Below are positions 10,753 to 19,754 of a stretch of DNA of 64,000 bases, one piece after another. The stretch covers positions 1 through 64,000 of the forward strand of contig NIVC01001136.1 of assembly GCA_002269645.1 (NCBI GenBank), read 5' to 3'. Under the pieces are notes generated by a model. The model did no database searches. It was not told where the DNA came from and saw nothing but the letters and a program-made list of their open reading frames with translations. The stretch's first letter is position 1; every line of letters begins with the position of its first letter. This stretch comes from Macrostomum lignano (lineage: Eukaryota). The position numbers were made by a program, and so were the translations under genes.

Positions 10753-11041
10753 CAATATGCTCTGATCTCTTTTGTTGTACAAAGTATAAATAGCATGCTA
10801 TAGAAGACTGTAAGCCATCAATAGTTTTTTCATTGATCATAATTTTACAATAAATAAATGGTGCGTGCATTCATTTAATCTATAATTTTAGCACTTTTTT
10901 GTGCTTAATTATTTGAAAGAGTATAATTTTTTATAGTTAGATTCGTATGACTAGGTTGTAGTGACCGTAAATGTAATTGCTAACGCTCATGTTTCAAGGA
11001 AAAAACTTTTTTAAACTTTCAGCTACAATTGAATCGACAAC

Positions 11042-11527
11042 ATGAATGCCGAGCAGCAGCAACAACAACAACAGCAGCAGCAGTACCAACTTTTAGTGGA
11101 ACGCCTGTACGAATCGGCAACAATTCCGGCCCGAAAAACTGTCGGCTCGATTGGTTACGATCTTTGCGCAGGCGTTGATGGCACTATTCCAGCCTACGAG
11201 TCCCGCAGTGTACGAACCGGACTTAAAGTCCGGTTACCGGCTGGTACGTATGGCAGGATTGCGGCCCGATCGAGCATGGCTCTGCGCGGTATCTTTGTTG
11301 GCGGTGGCGTAATCGACCCCGACTATACAGGGGAAATCTGTATAGTTTTATTCAACTACAGCTCGGAGGATTTTGATTACTACGCCGGGCTAAGTATCGC
11401 GCAACTCGTTCTTGAGCAGGCTGTGCTTGCTTCAGTCTATGCGATTGAAGCCGATAACTCCATTCGGAAGATTGAGCCGCCGACCAAGCGGCGCGGTTTT
11501 GGCGGCTTTGGAAGCACTGGTCAATAA
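11042..11527 (+). CDS. dut: Trimeric-type dUTPase with N-terminal poly-Gln
   Basis: All five motifs are present: GYDL, RSSMA, GGVIDPDYTGEI, IAQLV, RRGFGGFGSTG. Confidence 0.95.
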   Translation: MNAEQQQQQQQQQQYQLLVERLYESATIPARKTVGSIGYDLCAGVDGTIPAYESRSVRTGLKVRLPAGTYGRIAARSSMALRGIFVGGGVIDPDYTGEICIVLFNYSSEDFDYYAGLSIAQLVLEQAVLASVYAIEADNSIRKIEPPTKRRGFGGFGSTGQ

Positions 11528-11652
11528 TAATGATAATGATAATAAACTGATTTTTTTTTATTTGGTGATTGGGCACTATGCCTTGTAAATGCTATAAGCA
11601 ATTTTAAAATTTATGCCAAAAAAAAAATATATATATATATATATGTTGTAAA

Positions 11653-12072
11653 ATGTCTCCAGCGAAAGATCGAGGTTTTAAAAAGAAAAAGAAGAGCAGT
11701 CGTATAAAGAAGAAATCTATTAGAAAGATTAATAAAAAGCAACAAGGTTTTGGTGTCGTAAATTGGTTAATTAATCATTTACCATTTGAAGCGCATTTAC
11801 CCGGCGGATATCAGTTTTGTGGTCCAGGTACGCAACTGCAAGCTAGGCTAGCAAAAGGACAACGAGGAATCAATCGACTTGACAATTTGTGCATGCTTCA
11901 CGACGTGGCCTATGATAAAAATTCGGACGTGCAAGAGAGATTAAAAGCTGATAAGCTATTAGAATCTGGTGCACGAGAAATTGCCCACGATCCGTCTACT
12001 GGTTGGAAAGAAAAACTAGCTGCGAAGTTGGTTACCAAGGTTATGCAAGTTAAGCAACGCTTTGGTGCTTGA
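11653..12072 (+). CDS. Parvovirus VP1u-type phospholipase A2 domain protein with basic N-terminus (Polinton virion accessory protein)
   Basis: Ca-loop QFCGPG and catalytic LHDVAYD; K/R-rich N-terminus followed by QQGFG. Confidence 0.85.
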   Translation: MSPAKDRGFKKKKKSSRIKKKSIRKINKKQQGFGVVNWLINHLPFEAHLPGGYQFCGPGTQLQARLAKGQRGINRLDNLCMLHDVAYDKNSDVQERLKADKLLESGAREIAHDPSTGWKEKLAAKLVTKVMQVKQRFGA

Positions 12073-12074
12073 AA

Positions 12075-12764
12075 ATGCAGCAGCCATACAATATGCAACT
12101 AGCTCACGATTCTACATTTATTATTGCTGGACCTTCAAACTCGGGTAAAACTGAATGGACGTTGCGTTTGTTGACTGAACGAAAAGAATTATTTGATGAA
12201 AAACCGCGTCGTCTTGTTTGGTGTCATGGATCAAGTTTGAAACCAGACGATCAACAACGAATTAGAACATGCTGGCAAAAGAGCGGTCTTGACCCTATTG
12301 TTTTTGTACCCGAATTCATACCACAGATGATTAATCGTTTTTTACCACACGATTTGGTTGTTGTTGACGACTTGCAAAGCGAGATTGCTAAGTTGCCAGA
12401 ATTTACTAGTATGTTTACAAAGCATGCGCATCATATCCCTTTGACTTGTCTGTATCTTTGTCAAGGTCTTTTTAACAAGTCTGATCCCGAAGCACGCATG
12501 CGAAGTTTATCAGCTAGTTATATTTGTCTAACTCGTAGTGTGCGCGATCGAACCACAGTTGAGCATCTCGGTCGACAAATGTATCCGCGTAATAGTAGGT
12601 TTCTAGTGAATGTGTATGAAGACGCAACAAATAACAAACCTTTTTCATATTTATTCATTGACCTGCGACAAATGACACCCGATTTTTTACGATTGAGAAC
12701 AGGAATCTTTCCTGGCGATGAGCAAGTTGTCTATACTCGTGAATGTGATGCAAAGTTTGTGTAA
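12075..12764 (+). CDS. A32/FtsK-like DNA packaging ATPase
   Basis: Walker A GPSNSGKT, Walker B VVVDDLQ, and the A32-family segment FTKHAHH...CLYLCQGLF. Confidence 0.93.
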   Translation: MQQPYNMQLAHDSTFIIAGPSNSGKTEWTLRLLTERKELFDEKPRRLVWCHGSSLKPDDQQRIRTCWQKSGLDPIVFVPEFIPQMINRFLPHDLVVVDDLQSEIAKLPEFTSMFTKHAHHIPLTCLYLCQGLFNKSDPEARMRSLSASYICLTRSVRDRTTVEHLGRQMYPRNSRFLVNVYEDATNNKPFSYLFIDLRQMTPDFLRLRTGIFPGDEQVVYTRECDAKFV

Positions 12765-12821
12765 TATTATTATAAGCAAATTATAAACTGTTGTCAATAT
12801 TAGTTTGTGTTTTATTTCAAA

Positions 12822-13811
12822 ATGAGTTTTTACGTTTTTTTGCCGTCAAACGATATCAGTTACGAAACCAACTCGCCTAATGAATTTCGAGTACGACTAA
12901 CTGAACCAATAAATTTATTGAACGGATTCTTCGAGGTTGCACTAGTTGAATTACTTTGCCATGGAGCAATTACGACCCCAAATGCTCATCGTGAGCGTCG
13001 ATTTGAAGTTCCATATTTTGCGGACATTGACTCAATAATACGATTAAAGAAAAACTATTGGGGTCGCGTTTGGGCAGAGGCAGACTTGGATGCTTACGTT
13101 TCCTGGCAACCGTCTGGTACAAATGAAAAATTTGCCTGGCTTTTACGAAATTCAGGCGAAAAAACTATTGGATTAGAACTACCGGTTACATTTATGGACG
13201 CTTTCAAATTTGACTCTTGGAAGAAACTTTCTGGACTTGTCTCGGAAAAATTATCAAAACCTACCGCTGGTAGTGTACAACCACCGGATGGATCATACTT
13301 GGATGTGGTAAAAAGTCTCGACAATACTCTAGCGCTAGTACCTGAGAACTATTATGTTTTTTATTGTGTTCTATCGCCTGGTGAAGCTATACGACTTGTT
13401 TCGCATGGAGACTATCTTCAAAAAACGGAAGGAGAAGTGTACATCAAATTACACCAATATTGGTTGAGAAATCGTATTTGGCGCATTAACAAAACCTACT
13501 TGGATGCTGTGCTACCTTCTCCGATGCCTAGTAAAACGGTTTACATGTACTGTTACACAGACATAATCGAGTATCAAGCAGTGGGAAGTACATCAGTACC
13601 GTTGCTTCGAGTTGTGGAACTCCAACAAAAGAAAAATGGAGAACTTGTACGCGATAGCAGTGCATTGCAAACACCCTACTACTTGAAAACAAATCGACAA
13701 CAAATTCACGAGATTTCGATTCGACTATCGGACCAGCGCGGAAAACCATTTAATTTTCATCCGGGAGCACACGTTGTTGTCGTACTGCATTTTAGACACA
13801 GGTCAGACTAA
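12822..13811 (+). CDS. Minor capsid protein (penton-like single jelly roll)
   Basis: N-terminal LPSN...FRVRLTEPINL.G.FEVALVE and C-terminal YTDII...VG...PLLRVV...ISIRLSDQRGKP...VVVLHFR are typical of Polinton minor capsids. Confidence 0.85.
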   Translation: MSFYVFLPSNDISYETNSPNEFRVRLTEPINLLNGFFEVALVELLCHGAITTPNAHRERRFEVPYFADIDSIIRLKKNYWGRVWAEADLDAYVSWQPSGTNEKFAWLLRNSGEKTIGLELPVTFMDAFKFDSWKKLSGLVSEKLSKPTAGSVQPPDGSYLDVVKSLDNTLALVPENYYVFYCVLSPGEAIRLVSHGDYLQKTEGEVYIKLHQYWLRNRIWRINKTYLDAVLPSPMPSKTVYMYCYTDIIEYQAVGSTSVPLLRVVELQQKKNGELVRDSSALQTPYYLKTNRQQIHEISIRLSDQRGKPFNFHPGAHVVVVLHFRHRSD

Positions 13812-13867
13812 TTTATAAGCAAAGATTAATGTGTAAAAAGAAAATTTTGTGAATTTTTTTTGTAAGA

Positions 13868-14296
13868 ATGAACGAACTAACAGAAAAAGGAAAACGAAAT
13901 GCTCGCTCATTGTGTCAGTGTGCTTTTTTACTACAAATTGTTTATCGGCTAAAGCATCCAAAGCAGAGAAAAAGTTTTTTACAAACACTTTCAGAGTCGG
14001 AGATACGATGTCTAGTAGACTTTCTGTTTAATATTATTAGTGGACGTATTAAAATTAGTAACTGTAACAAAAGACGACTTGAGAAGCATCGCAGATATAT
14101 ACGTCAGCTTTTGGAACAGAAGACTCCAATTACTGCAAAAAGGAAAATACTTGTCCAACACGGAGGATTTTTACCTTTTTTGGCTCCAATTATTGCCGCT
14201 CTACCTGCTATAAGCACTGCGCTTGGGATAACGTCTGGAGTAGTTGGTACCGCCGCGGGAGCAGCAAATTTAATACGATCAATTCAACGAAAGTAG
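13868..14296 (+). CDS. Conserved Polinton small virion protein with a QxGG/FLP cleavage site and amphipathic C-terminus
   Basis: EIRCL...NIISGRI...L.KHR..IR.L...KRKIL.QHGGFLP pattern, then FLPFLAPIIAALPAISTAL. Confidence 0.7.
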   Translation: MNELTEKGKRNARSLCQCAFLLQIVYRLKHPKQRKSFLQTLSESEIRCLVDFLFNIISGRIKISNCNKRRLEKHRRYIRQLLEQKTPITAKRKILVQHGGFLPFLAPIIAALPAISTALGITSGVVGTAAGAANLIRSIQRK

Positions 14297-14304
14297 TAGG
14301 AATA

Positions 14305-14994
14305 ATGCGAGCCAAGGAGAGTAGTAGTTTTCAACGAATGTATCTAGTACCTGAATCTGTGTATCAATCTACATGTCAAGGAGCAGAACAAGGTTCGTCA
14401 CCAGCTGCTGAGGTACCTCGAAAAACTGAAGTTTTAGACGCACCGCAAGATGGTCTGGCAAAAAATATGGTGGAAATGAGAGAACAAATGGATAACTTGG
14501 ACAAGGAAATGGAGAAGGAGCCAAATTACACAGCTCAATTGAAACGAAGCAGATTGGAAGACAAACTTTTAAAATTACGCAAAGTCTATCGCACTGGAGA
14601 CGAGGACAATCTGCCACTTGTTCGCAAAGGGACTAATGTAAGAAGCTCATATGCCAGAGAATCAAGGGAAATTCCTAAAGTTTTTTTACCACGTTTCGAA
14701 GCTCTCGCTCAAAACCTATTTTCGGACATGGACAAGAATGCAGAACCAATGCTGGCTAATTTGACTGATGGCGAGATACAAGATCTCATGGAATATGTTG
14801 TTCGAGACAGACCGCTTAAGCGACACGAGACTCAACCACCTAGTGGACTAAAAACATTTTTAGACTTTCTTCGAAAACGTGGAATCGCAGCAAACCAAAT
14901 CGGGCGTCATGTACGAAACGAGCTAATGCATGCTCCAAAAACTGTTGCAAAGGAGGATCTTAGTCTGTTTGAAAATTATCAAACACTGGCTTAA
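14305..14994 (+). CDS. Polinton uncharacterised protein, 229 aa
   Basis: Intact ORF within the structural module. RMYLVP and LDKEM segments resemble a recurrent Polinton ORF; function unknown. Confidence 0.65.
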   Translation: MRAKESSSFQRMYLVPESVYQSTCQGAEQGSSPAAEVPRKTEVLDAPQDGLAKNMVEMREQMDNLDKEMEKEPNYTAQLKRSRLEDKLLKLRKVYRTGDEDNLPLVRKGTNVRSSYARESREIPKVFLPRFEALAQNLFSDMDKNAEPMLANLTDGEIQDLMEYVVRDRPLKRHETQPPSGLKTFLDFLRKRGIAANQIGRHVRNELMHAPKTVAKEDLSLFENYQTLA

Positions 14995-15092
14995 TTTGTT
15001 TTAAATGTTTTAACAAAATTGATTCGAGCACTATAAGCTTTTTAAAAAGGTTAATTTTGTTTATGAAAATATATAGTTTAATAAGACAAACC

Positions 15093-15281
15093 ATGTCATC
15101 TATCTGCCAAAAACTTTTGATTCGTCTCTGTGAGTTTTTTTGCTTAAAATCCGAATGTGTGCCGTTTCTGGGAGAGGAGCACAACGAGGATACTGACGGA
15201 AATTCGATCGAGGCTTCGTTCTTTTGTTGCAATTGGCATACGAATAGCATCAATCTAACTCATGATGAAGCGAGTGCGTAA
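15093..15281 (+). CDS. Small Cys-containing ORF (62 aa) overlapping the integrase start
   Basis: MSSICQKLLIRLCEFFCLKSEC...; ATG lies 61 nt after TATAAGC 15032, the same spacing as the other motif-associated genes. Confidence 0.4.
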   Translation: MSSICQKLLIRLCEFFCLKSECVPFLGEEHNEDTDGNSIEASFFCCNWHTNSINLTHDEASA

Positions 15282-16422
15282 GGAAATTGAAGAATTTTTG
15301 ACGGATGCTTTTTTTAACTTGAACAAACCTACTTCATTTAGTGGTAACAAGACTATACTTGTTCGTGAAGTGCGTAAAAAGTTTCCACAGATTACGAACA
15401 AAGTTGCGAAGCGCGAAGTTGATAATTGGGTGCGATCAACAAATGAGCATCATTTATTTCGAAAAACACGACGAAACTTTCCAACTCCAAAAATTAGTGT
15501 ACCACCAGTTGCAAAGTTTCAGTTTCAAATCGATTTGGCAGATTTACCTCGATACAAGACGGAAAATCGAGGTTATCGTTACATACTTGTTCTGATTGAC
15601 TGTTTTACTAGAGTTGTACGACTAAGACCATTGCGTACAAAGAAGCCTTCAGAAGTTAGTCAAGTATTACTAGAGATTTTTCGAAGTGGTTTTAAGCCTG
15701 TTTATTTACAAGGTGATGCTGGTATGGAGTTTCTCGGAAGAGCTACACGTCAAATGCTGAAACAGGAAGGAGTTCGATTTTTTGTTAGCCAAAGCAATTA
15801 CAAGGCAAGCATGGCTGAACGATTTATCCGCTCGCTAAAGGAGCGTCTATTACGATACTTTCGAGCAAAAAATTTACCTCGATGGTTTGATATTTTGCCA
15901 CAATTGGAAGATAATTTCAACTCTAGTCCTCATCGATCCTTGAGTGGAGAAACACCAAAACGTGTAGAGACAGACCCACATTTACAAGGAATTTTGTGGG
16001 ACAAAATGTTTGCGAAGTCGTACACTAAAAAGAATGAGAATAAATTTAAAGTTGGTGATTGGGTTAGAATTACACGACGTCGAGGAACATTTGAAAAAGG
16101 ATACACTACGAGTTGGAGTAATTCAAAATATCGCATTCACCGTGTACACTTGACAGAACCGCCAATGTACGAATTAGCGGACCCTGAAGATGGATTTGAA
16201 GTGCTGAAAGGAAGGTTTAACCAAGCGGAACTAATGTTGGTAAACGAGACAGATGAAACACCTAATGAAATTGAAAAAGTTATTGAAACTGATCGATCGA
16301 AAAATGGAAGTCGTCTGTATCTAGTAAAATGGAAAGGTATGCCAATCTCAAGAAGTCAGTGGTTAAACGAAAAGGATCTTGACGCAAAGACTGCTAAACT
16401 ATTTTCTAAAGTGTATAAGTAA
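15262..16422 (+). CDS. Retroviral-like (rve) DDE integrase with SH3-like and C-terminal chromodomain
   Basis: QIDLADL (D), LQGDAGMEF (D), ASMAERF (E); FKVGDWVRI; IEKVI...YLVKWKG...QWL. Confidence 0.96.
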   Translation: MMKRVRKEIEEFLTDAFFNLNKPTSFSGNKTILVREVRKKFPQITNKVAKREVDNWVRSTNEHHLFRKTRRNFPTPKISVPPVAKFQFQIDLADLPRYKTENRGYRYILVLIDCFTRVVRLRPLRTKKPSEVSQVLLEIFRSGFKPVYLQGDAGMEFLGRATRQMLKQEGVRFFVSQSNYKASMAERFIRSLKERLLRYFRAKNLPRWFDILPQLEDNFNSSPHRSLSGETPKRVETDPHLQGILWDKMFAKSYTKKNENKFKVGDWVRITRRRGTFEKGYTTSWSNSKYRIHRVHLTEPPMYELADPEDGFEVLKGRFNQAELMLVNETDETPNEIEKVIETDRSKNGSRLYLVKWKGMPISRSQWLNEKDLDAKTAKLFSKVYK

Positions 16423-16463
16423 CACATGAATTGGGATTGCATGACGATGAGAAGACTGTTGAA

Positions 16464-16922
16464 ATGGATCCTATTTTTGCTTTTTATTCTGGTCCGAATA
16501 GATCTGCTGAAGGTGGAGGTGGATCTGGCATTCCTGTTTACGAAGGTTACGGTTTTTTGTCAAATTTGGCGGACAGATTGGTGTATCCTGTACTACGCAA
16601 CGCAAAGAAAGATTTCTTGGATCGTGGTCTGGAGTATTTGAAAAGTGCGACAGCAAAAATTGGTATGGGTCGGAAGCGTCACTTGGACACAGAATCGAGC
16701 GAAGAGATGTTTAATACACCTGCAGTCTCGAGACCAAAGCGAAGGAAAAGAACCAGTGGAGTGGCTATAAGCTTAGGAAAGAAGAAACGACAAAAGAAAC
16801 GACGAACAAGACAGTGTGGAAAAGGACGCGTGAACAAACGAAAACGCAAGAGGGTAGGTGGTAAAAGAAAACGTCGAACTGCTACTGCAAGCAAGAAACT
16901 TTTTAGTCTGTTTGAAAAGTAG
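16464..16922 (+). CDS. Basic DNA-condensing core-protein precursor (adenovirus pVII-like role inferred)
   Basis: YEGYGFLSNL amphipathic segment, then a protamine-like K/R-rich C-terminus (RPKRRKR...KKKRQKKRRTRQCGKGRVNKRKRKR). Confidence 0.7.
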   Translation: MDPIFAFYSGPNRSAEGGGGSGIPVYEGYGFLSNLADRLVYPVLRNAKKDFLDRGLEYLKSATAKIGMGRKRHLDTESSEEMFNTPAVSRPKRRKRTSGVAISLGKKKRQKKRRTRQCGKGRVNKRKRKRVGGKRKRRTATASKKLFSLFEK

Positions 16923-16923
16923 C

Positions 16924-18246
16924 ATGAATCATTTGCTTGGACCTGATATTGCTGCTCTTAAAAGTGAATTGTCGCTATTTGATCAAAGTCCTGTTCAGTT
17001 TAGTGTTTTGGATAATCGGTATACTAACATTCAACCGCAACATGGTATTACAAAAGGATCACCTATCGAATTTGAGGTTGTGCCTGCAGGCGATTTGTAT
17101 TTGGATCTACAAGAAACTGTGCTCACGGTATGCTTCAGCGTTAGTGATAGTGAAGGTGAACCTATAGATGCAACAAAAAATTTTGTTTGTTTGAATAATT
17201 TGGCTATTGGAACATTGTTTGAAGACGTTCAATTTACTATTGGCGATACTGTAGTTGAAGGTGGTAGTTTTATGTATCCATACAAGGCTATGCTTCTTAC
17301 ATTACTGGAATACGGACATACAGCTCAGAAGGCTGGTTTACTACCGTGGGGATTTTACAAGGATACAGCTGGTAAAATGAATGCAACAAGTGAAAACGAT
17401 GGACGAACAAAGAGGCAGGCGCTTATTGCTAACAATAGGCGGTGCACTGTATCGGGGCCGTTATTCTTGGATTTGTTTCGTCAGCCTCGGTATCTACTAT
17501 CAAAGACACCACTGCGGATCAAGCTCATACCGGCAAAAAGTAAATTTGTCCTGAGCGGGTCAACATTAGAAGCTGGTGCGGTATTAAAAGACTATGAGAT
17601 CAAGTTTTTGCGTGCAGAACTACGATTGCGGTTTGTTCAACCCTCGCCGAGTGTTATCAGTGCACATGCTCATGGACTTAAAAGTCACAATGCATTATAT
17701 CCGCACCGAAGTCTAAGCCTTGGTACGTTTACTATACCCCGAGGATCGTCTAGCCATACGCATGAAAATTTGTTTCCTAGTGGAGTACCACGGCTTTTAT
17801 TGATGGCAATCGTAAGCAACAAGGCATTCAATGGAAGCATGGACACTAATCCGTTCAACTTTGAGCATGCAAATGTGAGCAGCATTGGTGTGTTTGTGAA
17901 TGGAGACTCGGTACCATCGCGTCCGCTGCAGACAAACTTTGGAGATGATTGTGTGACAGAGTATAATTTTTTGCTACAACAGCTTGGAATCTATCTACAG
18001 GGACGAGATATTGGATTTAATATGCTGGATTACGGTAATGGTTACTCAATTTTTGCATTCAGTCTTGGAAGTGAACCTGGTGTCGGACGAGGAGTGCAAC
18101 TGTATAAGGAAGGAAATGTAAAACTAGAGTTACGCTTCAATGCTGCAACTAGTACCGTGTACAACGTCATATTTGGAGGTATATTTGACAAGCAACTGCA
18201 ACTGACTGAACTTCGCGACATTGTTCCTGGCACAGTATGGAAGTAA
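16924..18246 (+). CDS. Major capsid protein (double jelly roll)
   Basis: KSELSLF...PIEFEV...YLDL and later GPL..DLF.Q.RYL, NPFNF, GY.IFAF.L, LELRF motifs. ATG at 16924 (the ORF track starts at 16858). Confidence 0.93.
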   Translation: MNHLLGPDIAALKSELSLFDQSPVQFSVLDNRYTNIQPQHGITKGSPIEFEVVPAGDLYLDLQETVLTVCFSVSDSEGEPIDATKNFVCLNNLAIGTLFEDVQFTIGDTVVEGGSFMYPYKAMLLTLLEYGHTAQKAGLLPWGFYKDTAGKMNATSENDGRTKRQALIANNRRCTVSGPLFLDLFRQPRYLLSKTPLRIKLIPAKSKFVLSGSTLEAGAVLKDYEIKFLRAELRLRFVQPSPSVISAHAHGLKSHNALYPHRSLSLGTFTIPRGSSSHTHENLFPSGVPRLLLMAIVSNKAFNGSMDTNPFNFEHANVSSIGVFVNGDSVPSRPLQTNFGDDCVTEYNFLLQQLGIYLQGRDIGFNMLDYGNGYSIFAFSLGSEPGVGRGVQLYKEGNVKLELRFNAATSTVYNVIFGGIFDKQLQLTELRDIVPGTVWK

Positions 18247-18800
18247 TTGATTCTATCCTAGATCGTGGAGTAACAGATCGCTTCCTTCGCAATGTTGTAT
18301 CGAAATTGTGCGCACATTTTTTAAATGTTGTATTTCTTGGTGTTTTTCCTCAAAACTTTGTTGGTGGACTTAGACGCTTACCTTTAGACGGTAAAGACTA
18401 TTTTTTTATCGTTAATACTGACGTCTCTAACCTGCCCGGAAAACATTGGGTATGCGTTTGGGTTTATGGTCATCGAGCAGGTCGCGGTAGCAAACGACTT
18501 GGTGAATATTTTGATTCTCTTGGTCTAGTACCATTGCCAAGAATAGCAAAATGGCTAGGAAAAGAATGTGGAAATTCGAAAAATTGGTGTTATAGTCGCT
18601 TTGCTATCCAAGACCCGCAGAGTGGAAGTTGTGGATTTTGGGTAATTTTTTATATTTTTCATAAGTTGACTACCAGAGGAAACCTAGAGTGTTTTATTCG
18701 AAGCGTTTTTAAACGGAATATAATTCGCACTGGTTCGTTTCGATACTTGTATGGTAAATTACGCAATTTTGTTTTACGAGTGCTGCCTCAATATTTGTAA
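18237..18800 (+). CDS. Adenain-like (C5) cysteine maturation protease
   Basis: His/Asp/Cys motifs: NTD...GKHWV, YFDSLG, Q....SCGFW. Confidence 0.92.
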   Translation: MEVIDSILDRGVTDRFLRNVVSKLCAHFLNVVFLGVFPQNFVGGLRRLPLDGKDYFFIVNTDVSNLPGKHWVCVWVYGHRAGRGSKRLGEYFDSLGLVPLPRIAKWLGKECGNSKNWCYSRFAIQDPQSGSCGFWVIFYIFHKLTTRGNLECFIRSVFKRNIIRTGSFRYLYGKLRNFVLRVLPQYL

Positions 18801-19735
18801 ACTCGCTAATTTGTGCGTCAAATTGTGTTTATATCTAGTTGAAATATACAATATACTGCTTGAAAAGAAGAATTTAAATGCGTTAAGTTATACGTGAAAT
18901 AAGCTTTGTGTCAAATTGAATTTTGGTTGGGCTTGTAATTAGCAGCATTCATTGCGGATAGAATTTAGGTGGATAGACAGGTGTTTGCGTAAAAGTGATT
19001 CAGCTAATTGGTTAATTCATTGCGTAAAAGCTAGTTTGCGTGCACGGCAAATTTCGGACTCTGCCATTTTTTTGGGCCTGTACTTACTATGTATTTCGCC
19101 ATAAGGAAATCGGCTTTGTGTCAAAAAAACGTATACTACTATTGTATATTTTGCTATCCTCTCTCGCAACCGTATAAAATTGGCACGATCGATAATTTTA
19201 AGTTCTCTCGCCAGCCAATGAAATCACTCGTGCTCGCGCTACCCCCCTCTGCGCTCTTTTATTAAACCCCCCCCCGCCTGGCGGCGGCACTCCCCGCTTG
19301 TTCCTTGATTCCTTCCCTGCGGCCTCTTAGCTGTCTTATCTGTTTGTCTGGCTGCCTCGAGCCTCCTTATTTCTCACCACGGCCCCTCTGCCTGGGCCAG
19401 CCTGCTCACACACTTACTTGACTGTTTCGCGCCACGACCGACGCCAACTCGCCACTACGTTTCACTGCCTTCACTGTGCTCATAGCCACTGCTCACGTCA
19501 CGTCGCCATTGTGTCATTCGCCTGCCACTTGACTTCATATCCAAATTATATTCAACCCATTGTTGCAGCCGCCAGTGCCCAGAAAGCTATAGTCTGTTTA
19601 TTGCCAGTAACAACCAAACTTAATACTGATATTAACAATAAAGACAACTACGGCAGTTCCTGCCTTTATCGCCAAGTGCTCCGCTACAAAATCCGCTTTA
19701 CAAGAATTGACTTCAACTTATTTTGGGACTAAAAC

Positions 19736-19754
19736 GGCCCTTTTAAGGGTCACC
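19736..19754 (+). other. Histone-mRNA-type 3' stem-loop with no recognisable histone gene
   Basis: AAAC-GGCCCT-TTTA-AGGGTC-ACC: a 6-bp stem (one G.U pair), 4-nt loop and matching flanks, immediately after the TAA of a 104-codon non-histone ORF. Confidence 0.4.

Larger units (their letters stand above)
11593..16772 (+). promoter_or_regulatory. Recurrent TATAAG(C/T) motif ahead of the structural-module genes (candidate late promoter)
   Basis: TATAAGCAA at 11593, 12771 and 13814; TATAAGC at 15032; TATAAGTAA at 16414. These lie 60, 51, 54, 61 and 50 nt before the ATGs at 11653, 12822, 13868, 15093 and 16464. Coding-internal TATAAGC at 14209 and 16766 have the ATGs at 14305 and 16924 as the first ATG beyond the expected transcription start. 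Confidence 0.65.
1..19140 (+). mobile_element. Polinton/Maverick (adintovirus-like endogenous virus), apparently intact; left end probably outside the window
   Basis: Co-oriented cluster of pPolB, A32-like ATPase, minor and major jelly-roll capsids, rve integrase and adenain protease, all with uninterrupted ORFs. Candidate right terminus ...GTATACTACT at 19131-19140 fits the AGTAGT...ACTACT Polinton termini. No inverted copy of this end was found in the window. Membership of 1-4200 in the element is inferred, not shown. Confidence 0.93.

Noticed and set aside
18103-18109. TATAAGG as a late promoter for the protease
   Set aside because: It lies 134 nt from the protease ATG, with an out-of-frame ATG (~18140) in between and a mismatch at position 7, so it was not counted.
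19418-19732. 104-aa ORF as a histone gene
   Set aside because: No histone-fold or K/R-rich tail similarity in any frame, and the start is TTG. Only the downstream hairpin is histone-like.
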